DNA of 64,000 nt from assembly GCF_037042905.1 (NCBI RefSeq), contig NC_087251.1:18106001-18170000 (forward strand), in the 5' to 3' direction. This DNA comes from Lytechinus pictus. Lineage: Eukaryota. A program made the translations under genes and the position numbers. Below the pieces are notes generated by a model that worked only from the letters and a program-made list of their open reading frames with translations, had not been told where the DNA came from and did no database searches. Of the stretch, positions 13,818 to 28,100 are shown piece after piece; positions within the stretch are counted from its first letter, which is position 1; each line of letters begins with the position of its first letter.

Positions 13818-14746
13818 GTAAAATTGCTTTCTTTAGAGAAAAAGAAATGATAATACAAATTTTATCAGTCTCGTATAATTTTGTTTCATCTTATAATGTT
13901 TAGTAATGTATCACGTGATTGATGAATGAATTGGTAAAGCTTTCATATCAGTTGTAATAGCATTTCCTTATTTTAAGATATTTATACAGTACAAAATGTA
14001 TGCTTTATGTAGACTTTCTATATAACATGATGATGTATTCTATTGTTGAGTATACAAATATTGAATGTTTATGAGTGCAATGGACAGAATACTTTATGAG
14101 GTGAAAGATGAAATGATCCATTCAACTCATCTTTCACCGAATGAAGTATTCTGTCCATTGCATGAATGAAAAAAAAAATCATTATTTGGTTTATATGACA
14201 CCTAAAAAAGATTTTTTTTAAAATGAATATTTTGATGCAAAACATGCTCATGCAGTGCGAGTTCGGTCTGTTGATTGTTACGTCATTACAACTGGTGCAT
14301 GAGCTGCAGTCTCGGTGCGCGAGTGCAATGGACAAAATCGTATGGATCCAAAATTGCACGATGAATGGATCCAAAATGCACAGTTGATGACGTCATTGCA
14401 AAATGGGCTGAATGAACGATATCAAACAACCAATCAAATCACAAGGATCTATCTAGGTGTCATATGATTTATAATATTTAATTGTAATTGAAGGAATGTG
14501 TATGTGAAATCCAAATAAAAGTAATTAAAACTACAACAGTCTTCAGAGTCGGTGATTTATCTTTTGATTTTTTTTTTCTTTGATGTTGTGATAATTTTAC
14601 TTTCTCTTTGTCCCAGCTTTCAAATATCTCATTCATTACAAACTCATCCATTTAAAAAGTCTAATGTTTACAAATGTGTTCAATATTACACAGAATTTAT
14701 TGTCATTTTAATCACTGTTCTATTGTGTTTGAACTTATTTTCACAG

Positions 14747-14918
14747 GTTCGGGGCGGACTTTACGAGAGACGTCTCTTGAAAGTCCGCCCGTTCTTCAGT
14801 TGCTAGGCAACCATTTTGTCAGCAGCTGGTCACTTGTAGCTGACCTTGAGGTCATCAAACAGAATGAAAATGACCCTCAGTATGCAGCATTAGCTTCTAT
14901 GTCATTAGAAAAATATAA
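14747..14918 (+). CDS. SELENON: Selenoprotein N coding exon after Sec
   Basis: Encodes (G)[34 protein letters not shown]...LEKY. Boundaries are cacag| and |gtaagt. Confidence 0.97.
14752..14790 (+). promoter_or_regulatory. Sec-codon redefinition element (SRE) RNA hairpin
   Basis: GGGCGGACTTT ... AAAGTCCGCCC forms a perfect 11-bp stem, with an inner CGAGAG/CTCTTG stem. It starts 6 nt after the UGA in the spliced mRNA, where the SEPN1 SRE is known to lie. Confidence 0.88.
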
Positions 14919-15113
14919 GTAAGTTTATTATAAGAATGATATTCATATATTTAGTAATTGATATGAGATCTTGATATTATTTGTGACAGGGATGCAATTA
15001 TTGGGACATATCTTTGCCTCTTGAGATTGGAATTTCTAGTCAAGTTAGGATTATTTGCAAAGTAGCTTCATATCTTGTGTAATATGCTTCTATTTGACAG
15101 GCAAAGATGTCTT

Positions 15114-15286
15114 CAGGGGACCGTTTCATGAAAGTTGTCAGCACTAACAAGTTGTCTTTCTCCGACAGTTACCAAAGTAACAGTCAGAGGCCAGTGCCTT
15201 TCAGCCAATCAAAACCAAGGATTCACTGAAATTGTCAGCACTTACAATTTAGTCAGTGCTGACAACTTTCATGAAACACCCGCCAG
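15114..15286. mobile_element. Short hairpin-type MITE
   Basis: Inverted repeat GTTTCATGAAAGTTGTCAGCACT / AGTGCTGACAACTTTCATGAAAC. Confidence 0.65.
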
Positions 15287-15921
15287 ATCTCTAAAAGGTA
15301 TCTAACGGTTAATCCCAAAGAGGACTGATTGGGCTAGATTCTTGAGATTGAACAAACTCAGGCTGATGGAGAACTACCTAACATCCTGTTTTTTTACAGT
15401 GAAATACAAACTGTCAGAATGTGTTTTTTTACTTCTGTTTATGGGAATAGCCATTAATAAAAGAATTTATAAAAGGGAGAATCATACTTATAGAGGTATT
15501 GGGCAGACAGCTAAGCTCTTGGTTTGATAATGTGAAAAAATGGAAGTGTTGAGAGGTGATGAAAACAAGGTTTCTATGACAGGAAATGATTAAGATTTGT
15601 ATCCCATTTCAGGGGGATGTGGACGATGGTGACGATGATGATGATGATGACAGATGATGATGATGATGATGATTATGATGGTGATAGTGTGTTTTGCATA
15701 TGAGGATTGTTATATGTTACTGAAATGATGTTACCCATTTCGTCAGAGATTTTACCAGCCCCTTAGACTGCATGATTCTCCTTGGCAACTCATCAACAAC
15801 TCCCTGTTGATATTAGATCATCATCACATTTGAAAAGTAATATTACATCTTTGAGCTTCATAGGTTAAAAACTGAGATATAGATATATAACCGTTCCAAT
15901 TTCTTCTGTTTCTCCATCCAG

Positions 15922-16029
15922 TTTTCCAGTAGAAATGCTTATATCATTGCCAAATGGAACTGTTATTCATCACATCAATGCCAATGATTTGCTGGATGCC
16001 AGTAATAATGATAATGCAGGCATACTTGA
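15922..16029 (+). CDS. SELENON: Selenoprotein N coding exon
   Basis: [25 protein letters not shown] matches SelN [21 protein letters not shown]. Confidence 0.95.
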
Positions 16030-17025
16030 GTAAGTAAGGTTTCTTGTTTTTCATATTAAGTTACTTTGTCAAACCAGTAGATGTGTTGATTGATGAAAAG
16101 GTCAAATAGTTTCATTAATATTTAAGTTTCATTTTAGTTTCATTAATATTTTGGATTGTTATAATCCCATATACAGATTTTACATATGAGATTCATTGAT
16201 CAAAAATAATGTGCTGTCTTACAACTAAGCAGATTTTTTGTGTTTTGTTGCATTCACATTCTTAGGCTTTTACCTGAAAATGAACACATTTTCATAATTT
16301 TATCCACAACTTCATTACCGGTACTCTTAACGTTCCATGTTCACTGAAATTAGTTTATCAATAGATTTAATCTAGCATCATTGTCATAAATATAATTTCT
16401 AAGCATTTTCAACTTTTCTTGAGAACATCATGGTTTATAGACCAGTTCGTAGTTACCTCTGGGACAATTTTGGTCAAATGACCTTTCATTTCTTTCATTA
16501 AGATAGGTAGATTTGCATGCCTTACATAGCGGGATGAAGAAATTGAATATACCAGGTGACTAGAATAGCACATCAATGAACACTCTATGAAGTTATTTTT
16601 TGCATTTCTACTTTGAATGCATACCAGAGGATGTTGTACAATGTACTTGGCAAACTGTGAAATATACCAGTCATTCGTGGACGCATTTTTTTGTGGATGT
16701 GAATGAAAAACACAATTCAAAAGAATATATGAATAATCAAGACATCGAATTTGGTGCTTATCTCATTAAATTTTAAACCACCATGTCACTTTAGTACAAA
16801 TGACCTTCCTCTGATCATGCGCAGAGTGGAACTACGAACTGGCTTATTTTGTAGCTGTTGTATTTCTAAGAGATCATTATTAAAGAGATTAATGCTTGTA
16901 AGGTACAAATGTTTTTCATTAGCAGTTTAGTACAGACTGTATACAATTTCACTATCATTGACATCTCCCGGAAAGTTCAATTCATAAATCTCCCTAAGTT
17001 CTTATAATCTTTCTCTCTCCTACAG

Positions 17026-17107
17026 TACATTCACAGATCCCTTGGTAACAAACTATGCAAAGTTCTTAAAGGAAGGCATCAGTAAAGCTGAGGCAGTTGG
17101 TTTCTAA
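17026..17107 (+). CDS. SELENON: Selenoprotein N last coding exon
   Basis: Acceptor tacag|. TFTDPLVTNYAKFLKEGISKAEAVGF-TAA resembles SelN STFEDPSTATYMQFLKEG. Confidence 0.93.
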
Positions 17108-18068
17108 TCAAACAATCAAAGCATCAAGAACTTCAATCTCTTCTGGTAATAATTGCCATAGTTAAAGTGAGACAGCAGAGATACATGACCTAGATTTTCA
17201 GCTCGATACCGTATGATTCAACAACTCAATAGATGGAATGAGAGAAGGTAAATTTCAGAACAGTCACAACACAGCACATCTTATGATCTAGCTATGCCAT
17301 CACCAAATTGAAGAGACATGACATCATATCAATACTGCTCTCTCATTGGCTGGAATTGTGATCAAGCCTGTGACCTCTAATGCTGGTGTAAAGGTTTGAC
17401 CTAGTAATCTTGACAATAATTCTTGCAATTCACCTCAGACTTGTCTATAACTAATAAAAAGACAATGGATATGTCGTCATACTGCCTCTCACTCAGTCAC
17501 AGACAAGTCATTGACAAGCTAGATCATATCGTATTCTGTAGTCTTAATCTGTCAAACTGAAATTAGTCTTGAAGTCATTCTCTAACTCTATCATAATGAT
17601 TGAAAAACAGAATAGGAAAGTTAGAATTCGAAAGTTAAATATTTTTTAAAAATTCTAATATGCCAAAGTATTAAGCACAACAATACAATCAATTATGACA
17701 TTGACCATCATTGTAAAACTATGGAGAACAATTGATTGTATCTTTTTAGATTACAGCGCCCAATAAATTATCGTATATAGATACTTGCTAAGTAGTCTGG
17801 TCCATGTGTGTGTAGTAGCAAAATGATCTCATGCTCATTCTTGCCCTAACTCTGATGGAATTTCTTTTACATGCCTTGATAATGGAAATACTCTGTTGCA
17901 CTTTAAGTTGTACTTTAGGTTTTTTTCATTTGAATATTTATTATTGATGATTGTAAATCATGAACAGGTGCTTCTTTTCATATTTAGTCATGATTTTAGT
18001 AAAGGTTTGTTGATGAGGGATATTTTGAAGAGATATGACACATCTTAGAGTCTTGGACTATCTTCCCT

Positions 18069-18145
18069 CTGATTGGGCCTATGATGATCTTGCCGTAAAG
18101 CTGCAAAGCATGCTGGGTAAGATTTGATGCCAATTTACCAATCAG
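18069..18145 (+). promoter_or_regulatory. SECIS element (form 2) in the SELENON 3' UTR
   Basis: Helix I is CTGATTGG/CCAATCAG. Core is ATGAT (18081-85) with TGAT (18125-28). Helix II is GATCTTGCC/GGTAAGATT. An unpaired AAA (18097-99) precedes the apical mini-stem TGC-AAA-GCA. Confidence 0.9.
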
Positions 18146-21100
18146 TACAGGGGAATAGTCCAAGGAGCTATATGTATATTATCTAAATGAAGATAGGTGA
18201 CCTACATTTTCCCAGTGTATTTTTTTATAGTATTACTGGGATGACAAGATTCACCTTGAGATAGGTAGATATTTTGATATTGGCATTTATTGTTTTAAAG
18301 TGTTTACACGCTTAACATTTATTGATTGATTACAGTGAAAGGATATTGTTTTCACACTAGTTTATTTGATATTTTATTTTTTAGCCATATTTTTTAAAGA
18401 GTCTATACATTTTTGTCCAATAAATGATACATAGTATGATATGAAATAAAGCAATTCTGGTTTACTTTTTAAAAAGGCATTAATATTTCATCAGGGGTTT
18501 GATTTGTGAATTAGGAGACTCCTAAAATCATGTCATTGGGGTCATATTTCTGGGTATTGGTATTTAACAAAATTTATATCAATGCTTTCTTTAATCATTG
18601 ATTATAAAGAGAGGGGATAATTGAAGGGAGATGATGACAGAGAGGGTGAAAGAGGGTAGAAAGAGAGAGTAGGAAGATAGGTAGAGAGGGAGGGAGGGAG
18701 AGAAATAAGTGGAAGGAGAGAGAGTGTGAGTAGAAAGTGAGGGTGGGGGAGGGGGGAGAAAGAGAGAGAGGGGTAGGGGTACATACAGTTGATATAAAGT
18801 AGAGTGTGCAATGCAGTGACAATGTTTGTGGATTAATCTAAGCATTCCAGTAGTCCAACAACATTACTTGGCTTGCTTTTATGAATTGACTATACAGTGG
18901 TAAATATTTATTAATAGTTATGAAATATTTCTTAAGCATATCTAAACAATTTATTTGAACTGTTTATAATATAAGAAGGGTTTGTTTTGGTGCTGTAAAA
19001 CCATAAATCTTGACATCTCTTTCTTTAGTCCATTGGAGATTACATGATTGTGGTGAATTCAAACAAATACAAGTATAGAATTATTGCGGTTTTTCAGGAT
19101 TTGATAAAATTTTGTTATCAAAATTATTGTAATGGAAAATGATTCTAAAGATAAAAACATCCCTACATTATTATTCACTATCACATAGTTAGACTGACAC
19201 AATTTGAAATGTAAAATTCGTATTTTGTAAATTGTGATCGTATTGAAAATTTGTTTTTTTTAGTGACTGAATATTCCATGGTTTTTAAATGCTAGATGAG
19301 ATGAAATCAGTATTACAATGAATTAATAATGTCACCAATGCATTATATATATTCATAATTTTTAATTTGTTAATGATATAGTTAGATGCATTCCTTTGCC
19401 TTTGTGAAAGGCATTTTAGTTTATATTTATATTTATATCTTGTGCTTTTGGGGCTACACAAATTACAGTCTGAAAAAGTTATGTTTATGATCTAATTTCA
19501 TAAAAAACTCACTATCAAACACAAAATCAAAATCGAGGTTTCCATGACAGTTTGTATAATGGCAAAATTACCATCTGAATTTGTTTATTCATTGGGACCA
19601 TAGAGAGTAAAAAACATAAATGACATGATACTCTATCCAATAAGTTAGTTCAAGTGAATACTTTTTTCTTTCTTTTAAGTAGATGTGATTCAGACTAGAC
19701 ATTATTGAAATATTATCTATTCATTTAAATAATTGATAAATAACTTGTATTAGGTTTTGTCACTAGGGGGCCAGTAATGGTGTGTGCCTCTGCAATATTT
19801 GTAAATTTGGTACTTTTGTGATTGGTTGTGCAACTATTTGCTATCATTGAGATTGTGTGCCAAATGCATGTATTTTGTTTGTAAAATGGTCACAAATGTT
19901 CACACAACCAACTGTGAAAACCCCTTAGATAAGTAGAGCCAAATTATTTAATAGAAAACAATACTAACATATGTAAGGTTTTTCAATCATGCTTTAACTC
20001 TTTGTGGAGAGAAATGGATTGGAATTTTTACCTGTAACTAATCAATGAAAGTAAATAAAACCATTGAAAAAATGGTAAATATATGACTGGTTATTTTTCC
20101 TTGGCTTTTGATATCATGAAAGAGAGATCTACAAGTGAAAACATATGTATAATAAATTATTGACTGCTCTTTTACCTCTTATTTACTTTGAATTTTTATT
20201 TTCTAATTTGGGGGTGTTTATACATTGTACTCAAATGCTAATTACTGAACTTCGTACACAACTGGCAAAAAAAAATATTGTCTCCCTTTCCAATCTCTGT
20301 CTTTCTTTCTCCCCTCTTTCCCTCTCCATTTTTCTTTCTATTTTCCCTCCCTCTCCATCTCTTTTCCTAACACGCGCACACACACACACCCTCTTGAGCG
20401 CATAACACATCCCTCACTCTCACACTGTATTGTTTTAATTAGTATATGTCTTCCATACTCGTTCCTTCTCCAAGTTTCATCAAGCTCATAATCTCGACCG
20501 CACCTTTGCTACTAAATTTGGAGAAATCAATAAATCCATAGATCCATAAATCTCAATGAAACCACTTTTCTTCATCTCCTACCACCGGGTGAATTGTGGT
20601 TAAATCAAACTATGCAAACAAAACATATTGATCACCTCTATTATTTCAATTGTACAGTGTATTTCATCGACGGGTGTGGAGTTCATTAATTGATTTGCAT
20701 GCATTGTCTAACAGAAGGAGGTTACCATGCAAAGAAAAAAAATCACATTCCCAAATAAATATCTAGGCAATGGACGAATCAATGTGTGTGTGGTTTATTT
20801 TTATTATTTTTTTTATAGTGGCTCTCATGATATAACTGACATTAATTGATAGCTCAGTCATACATTATTTTGGTTGACATTCACTGATCTGGTTTATGCT
20901 TTGATCCTCATCATATAGACCTACCCTCTTCCTTCTCCCGATTGGTATTGAGGGGAAAAAGGTCAGTGTTAATTCCCTTGCATAAACCTATTTTCATATT
21001 TAGGGTTTTGGGTGTTATTTCTTTTGCCTTACAGGTAATCCCATAAAATGATGGTAACCTATAGGCTACGTCTGACCAACATTTTTTTTTACTTCTTTTC

Positions 21101-21680
21101 TTTTTATTTGTATGTTGATTTCATGATTGCAACAAAACATATCACATAATTACCGTTGACAAAAAGAAAGACAATTCCCCCAAAATAACGAAAATAATTA
21201 TCAGAATAAAATTATCAATAAGACATATAAAGCAGTATTATTTCGAACTTTATTTTATGAACTATTCTAGCTGAGATAAATAATAAGTTGAGAGCACTTT
21301 ATGTGAAGTACAGAGCGGAGATAAATCAGTAAGATCCAAAAGGGGTCAGACGTACATCTATAATATAAATTACTTGCCCTTATCAGAGACAGGGGTTATG
21401 GGCACGTTCAACTATTTCAAGTGATGACAGCAAGAGGAGGGGGTGGTAGAGAATGAAAAAGATAAAGCTTGATCGTTTAACTATTACATATATACAATTC
21501 AGAATACTCCTTGAAAATGTATCAAATTCTTATTTAGGTCATCTCCCCCATCCCATCAAATACGCTGCATGGTGCCGCCCCTGAATTTAGATGCATATAA
21601 TAATTACGGTGAATGCGTAGTGATGAACTGCTTGTGGACACTATGTTTCTTGAAAATGGCGCTGATGATTTTATATTTAA

Positions 21681-22253
21681 AGGGATGGTCCGGGCTGAAA
21701 ATATATAGAGTAGAATTCACTGAGCAAAATGCCGAAAATTTCATCAAAATCGGATAACAAATATAATTAAGTTATTGAAGTTTAAAGTTTAGCAATATTT
21801 TGTGAAAACAGTCGTAATGAATATTCATTCAAGTGGGCTGATGATGTCACATCCCCACTTTCCGTTTTCTTATGTTATTACATAAAATCATAATGTTTTA
21901 AAATTATTTCATACTTGTGTGAATAATATGTCTCCCTTATAATGAAATAAGTTGCAGCAATAAATATCTAATGCACTAAATCAGTTGTCAATCCAAATTT
22001 TCTAGTTCTTGGAGGAACAAATTTGAATAAACCTAATTTCAAATAATAAAAAACAAAAGAACAAGTGGTGATGTGACATCATCGGCCCACCTAATGAATA
22101 TTCATGACAACTGTTTTCACAAAATATTGCTAAACTTTAAAATTAAATAACTTTGTTAATTGTTATCCAATTTTGATGAAATTTTCGGCATTTTGCTCAA
22201 TAAATTCTACTATATTTATTGAGCTATAAATACTTTCAGCCCGGACCATCCCT
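21681..22253. mobile_element. Palindromic MITE with TTAA target (Kolobok-like)
   Basis: ttaa|AGGGATGGTCCGGGCTGAAA ... TTTCAGCCCGGACCATCCCT|ttaa. The inverted arms extend about 180 bp. Confidence 0.8.
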
Positions 22254-24422
22254 TTAAATAAATGGATATAGGCGTATATTGATGGAATAGACTCGTTTGG
22301 GTAATGCAGTCGGATTATATTCCCTGATAATAATCAAATATAAAAATGGAATCGAGTCCGCAGATATTTTCTTTCAGGAATGGAATTTACACTGCATGAC
22401 TAAATGAGCTGAATCGTAAGTTTAGCGTGTTTGTTTATTTTTTGCACAATGAGTACGGCAAGTCCTTTTTTTTCATTTTCTGATATAAAGTATCGCAACT
22501 TTTATTTGATAATTTATAAGCATGATTTTGAGATATAAATTGGGATTAAAATATGAAAAATGGCTACGTCATTGAGGATTTATATTAACATATACTTTGC
22601 ACTCGCGTAACTCCAAAAGTAAATATTGCTGACCATTACCACAATCAGAGACAGACAATAGACTTTTGATGAACTATCAATTTTCTTTTAATGATGACAT
22701 CAGAAACGATGGCTTTATTAGACAATGATGATGGCATATAGACAATGATTATGTCATTAGAAATTGTGATGACATTCGACAACAAAAAAATCCTTGTGGC
22801 AAATACATGCTGACACTAAATGTCGTACAATGTAGCGGAATATTGGTGTTATTAATAAAGGTAAATTTGCTCGGCCGCCCCGTCCCTGAAATGCGTTACT
22901 CTATACATTGATTTCAATTAAATTACGGAATTACTGTCTGAGGAAATACACACATCTTACCTATATAGATAAATTATTTCTGTTACAGAAGGCGTTGTGT
23001 GTTTTTTAAAGACAACTTGGAGATCCTATTTATAGATAGATCAATCACTTGTGTATCAGCAATAAAATTTTGGAGAAAAAATCTATATCGACACAATCTC
23101 GGTAAATTCATCTATTATATACTGCCATCAAAAAGAACAATAATTAACAATTCATTTAACAAAACGCTGTTCATAAAGATCCTACGCGTCAATCTGATGA
23201 ATTCCATCTACCAATCAGCTTCAAGTTAATTATACTGTGCACTAGTTATGAAATATAATCAAGGATTTCCCACAAACTTAAGCTCTTATAAATAAAAAAA
23301 TAAATTTCTCCAAAACGATTTTCAAGTACTTGAACTTCATCACTCACTGATATTTGAATTTATCTTACACATAAAACAAGTTAGTGTCGTAAAGGTCAAA
23401 TGCATTACTATTGAACTTGCATCATTATTCATGAACTTGAAATTAATTTCCATATATTTTATACAATCATGTCCCCAAACCTGAGATGACAGAAAAAAAT
23501 AAACATGATAAAATACTTCACTTCGCAGCTCGAGCTAAAGCTGGGGAATGAATATAGTACATGTATTTCGAAATAGTTTATTTCAAGATAGATGGCGCTG
23601 GCCTATCATTATTTTTGCTTGAACACAAAGGTATACATCTAGGTGTGCAAGAAATATATAACAATTGAAAACGTGTATAAGCCCTTTATAGAACTAGCAT
23701 GATATCCGATTATCATGGGGAATATCATGATCATTTTCCTTTTCGTATTCATATGAAGTAATATGTCATTTGTGATTATGTTCTTCGATGCTGACAAAGT
23801 TTAATTCATATTATTGATAAAAAAATCACACAGATTTAAGCTCACATCAACAGTACATTTCATACAACTTGATATGGAATAATGTATTGATCCATTCAGA
23901 CAATAAACACCAATTTATTTGCAATGTACACAAGCGCTTTTTTTTTACCCAAAGCAAGATAAAAACCACAAAACACAGATTTGTTCCATTTTGTAAAATT
24001 ATTCAGCATTCTCCTGAATTCATTTTCTTTGTCTCAGTCGATTCCACGTTTGAACATTTTGTATGTCTTTCATATCATCATGAAGTGAAATACAATAAGT
24101 TACGTATTCTTTAAAAATCAAATTGATCAGGGGCCTATTTATCATCCAAGTTAATGAGTTTGTACTTTCAGAATAAGGCATATGGCTATTCCGCTGTTGT
24201 CATATATTTCGTCATAAAATGCCTCTGTCATCGTCAATATATCTATAGATAACTTTAGAAACTATGGTTTAACATAAATATAGGCCCATTCTAACTACTG
24301 GATTCGGTGCAGCACGGCAAGTGCCATGGCTATGCAAGAAAAAGCATAATACAGTGGCAAATCGCGACACACTCTGACCAATATAAATAGCACTACTGAT
24401 CCATCTGGCAACAAGAACACCC

Positions 24423-25147
24423 TTATATCGAAGTAGAAACATCATTCTTTTTCATACTGTCATTATCTTTGTCTTGATTCATTATATGATCTCTCATCGT
24501 GTTCATATCATCACCTGTATAGAATCTCTGTGGCGGCTTTGGTACTGAACTGGACGTTGCTACAACGGGCATGCTTTGCAGACGACGGGCTGGGAATTGT
24601 GGACTACGCGACACGTGATTGTTAGATGCATCCTTCTGATCCTGCTCCGGAGCAGGCTCAACAACTTCCGCAGCCCCAATGTCCACTGTTGGTTGATCAC
24701 CTGGATGTTCTGGTATATCAGCGTCGACTTCCTGCACGGCCGCCACAGCTTCAATTGGTGGCAGTAGGTCGTGTCTTTCAAGTCTATTCCTCTTCGAGTT
24801 GACGCCATCGACTAGTTTAAGTGGCGTCGCCACCCACTTCCCGCCCTTATCGAAATACCGCTTCACCGCTCGCCTGTCTTTCTCCAGCACCTGTAGGGAT
24901 TTTCTGAATTGTCTCTTCTGCCGATCGAGCACGGCCGTGTGGTAGACGTGTTCGCTTTCCATTCGCTTGACCATGGAATCAAATCGACTCCGTTCGACGT
25001 CGTTGAGCACGGAAGCCCGTGTCGCATTCCGTCTCGATTGTTTGATGATGGAGTTGTATTTGGAGAAGGTTGCTGATTCTGATTTTCCTACAGGCACTCC
25101 GTTCTCTCCTGAGAGTGAGCATGCTTTCAGAGGATCCAAATAGTTAC
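24423..25147 (-). CDS. Main coding exon of an uncharacterised coiled-coil protein (CCDC190-like)
   Basis: GC-richer 241-codon frame with acceptor ttttttaaag|. The segment RRNA...RMESEHVYHTAVLDRQKRQFRKSLQVLE recalls the CCDC190 N-terminal coiled coil (recognised from memory, not searched). Confidence 0.7.
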
Positions 25148-28100
25148 CTTTAAAAAAATAAAAAAACAAATGTGAAAATATTGATCCGATGGTGACGGTA
25201 ATGAAATGATCGATACTATGAAATAATGACAAAGTTCATCTATCAAATTGAGAAATGAAATAGGCCTCTGCCTAAATGTTCAAAATCTCGCTGTGTAGAA
25301 TAATAACAATATTCATGTTTAATCATCCCGCACTGCCTACACGGGGTCAAGGGCCGCCCCTGTAATTTTTTCAAAGAGAGAAATAAGGGGGAAAAGATAC
25401 TCTGGGCCACCCCTATAACGTCACACGTATAGGGCGCCGCCTTCCCCCAATCAAATTATCTTGGGGCCGCCCCTGCAATATCAAGAGTAATGTGTTTGGT
25501 GGTTCATCTCTAATACCATTAAACACGAATAAGTTTGTTTTCATTTTATTCAAACCCCGGTCCAGGACAGGAGCAAGCCACCCGATCTTGGTCCCCGTTA
25601 ATTTGTTGTTATTGCACACAGTCTTGGGGATCATCATTCGCTGTATCTCTTCTGCCCGACGCTGCTGCATGATCATTGGTGAATCCGAGAAATAGAGAGG
25701 GAGGGAGGGTGGGGGGGGGGGGGGGCTTTGTCTTGAGTGTTTGTCCCAAGTAATTTTTCGATTCTGTAAAAGTATGATTTAAGTAAGGCACTTGTATCGA
25801 TGAAACATTTCGAATGAACACATTTCCCATCACTTCAGAAAGGAATTACATGTCATGTACTTGGTGAATATAAACAAACTGTTCAATTTGTTTTTAATAA
25901 ATCGTGAGTTTGGAACGAGACATTCGACCCATTAAATCTCAGTATGGGGTATTGGCCTACGTGTGACATGTATTTATGATCATGAACGTCAGATAAAAGA
26001 GCAATTCAATCACCTTAAAAAACATTGATAATGACCCCAATAATTATGAAAGTTTCTTTATGGTAATCCCTGAATTCGGGCCATTTTATACCCAACTCAC
26101 AATGACAGTTTTTCTTTCATTGGTGGAAGATTGTTCTCTTTTATTTTTCACTGTATGAAATTAGGGCCAGAAGAAGAGTTACTTGTCGGTAAAACTCCTT
26201 CCTTCACTATATGAACTAAATTTTCTTTTCACACGTGTTACACCGCGTTACATATTTCTGGTTACAATTTTAAATACACCCTTACTGAGTTGCCCTTCAA
26301 CGAAAACTTCAACGAAAATATATTATTTAGGTGGTCAAATGTCGATTCGGCTATCAATTTTCCTTCTGGTTATTATTTTTATATCACCTTTCACATAAAA
26401 GTGTGACAAACTGATGATGCAATTTAAAATTTTCAGTAAAAAAAGCCCTTTGTGTCTATTTTCCAATTATATATCACCATTGGTACTGATACATGAATTT
26501 CTTGTTTTTTTTTAATTATTTCACAAGGTTCTACGCTGTAATATAAAATGTACATGAGTATACACCAGGGGCCCTGAGAAAACTCAGGTTGTTTTTACCG
26601 GAGTTTTTGCCCTGTGTTAAAGTCAATGGCAGAAATCAGACTAACCTTAGTTTTCAGTTTTTACCAGAGTTTTCTCAGGTAAAAAGTTTTATGCAACAGG
26701 CCCCAGAGATAGTTTTTTTTTTAAAGGAAACTAATTTTCTTTGTATATGCTCCGCCGTTTGGGTTTGTGCTATTATGTTGATCCTAATTGTAGACATACT
26801 CCGTTCGTATCGTCTCCAATGGTCTCATGACTGTTTGCAATTAACAAAAGAGTTGTGAAGAACAAATTAGTCTTCTCGCCGATAAAACTCAATGTGTTTT
26901 ATCGGCAAATATCGACTCTGTTTTAAGGACTGACAAGTTTTCATTTTGGTGTATCTATTGGCGATGAATTAGTTGAGATTTATCATTTCAGCCTATATTT
27001 TTGTTGGGCCTATATGAATGATTCATGTTTGAATGTTCATCAGGATCATAATTATCAAAGCTTTGTGGCTGGGAGAAAAAAAAACACCGAATACAAAATA
27101 ACAAACAATAAAACATTGTTTGATAACCAAAGGGACATTGCTGCTATAGTTCATTGACAATACCTTTTTGTTTTTAATTCATAAGGTATGCTAATTAAAA
27201 GACAGCTCAAGTAGACATGTTTGTAAAGAAGTATTTTGTACTGCGATTACACCATCAAATTTGCTTTTTCTCAAAGAACAATGGACATTGTTTTTTAAAC
27301 TAAATTCGGGCGCACTTCATAAATGGATGTTCAGTGATTTCCACTGCAAAATGTTATAGCTATTGAAATACTTCCATATGGTTGGATGGAAGAAAATTTG
27401 TCAGAGAAACTCAGCGGCCAAAATCATTGTGGAACAGTGAAGAGAAATCAATATACTCTTTCTTTACCGACGTCATGAAGTTATTGAGCAAACACAATTA
27501 TCGCTCTGTCATTAAAGAATATGTCGGTTCTGTACATTATGTAGAGAAGGTGGCGGCGATCCGTAAACGAATAAAACATTAAGCCAATAAACATTTTTAA
27601 TATCTGGAACATGCATAATACCATAAATATGCAATCAATATCATTGTACAATCATGATGATTATGCGTAACTGTAAATTGAAAAACCATGAATAAATCAT
27701 GAGTTGTAATTGATAATTGTATCCCTTGAGGTACACTCCGGTTTGAGTTGGAATTGCAATTTCAATATCCCCGGGACTACTTTTGTTCACCTTATCAAAT
27801 TGTCATTATCTTATTGTAATTTCATTTGAATTTATTTATCGCATGTTTACCATGTAGCTGGAATGACATCTGCATCATTCTTGTTGATCATGTTCTACTC
27901 ATAAAGTAATTATTATTTTCAAACACGTGAACGGTATGTTTTAATCACAACTGCTAGATAAGGTCTCAAGTAAAAAAATATAAATAAATAAACCTGTAAA
28001 AATCACTAAACGAAAGAGTCTGCCAGTTGCAACTATTACTTCTGGCCATATTTGTTTATATTTTGGTCACAATATAAATTCGAATTACATGTATAGTTAT

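Noticed and set aside
15613..15703. Possible alternative acidic terminal exon of SELENON after ttcag|
   Set aside because: The frame is open, but it is a (GAT)n microsatellite with a weak pyrimidine tract and no SelN similarity.
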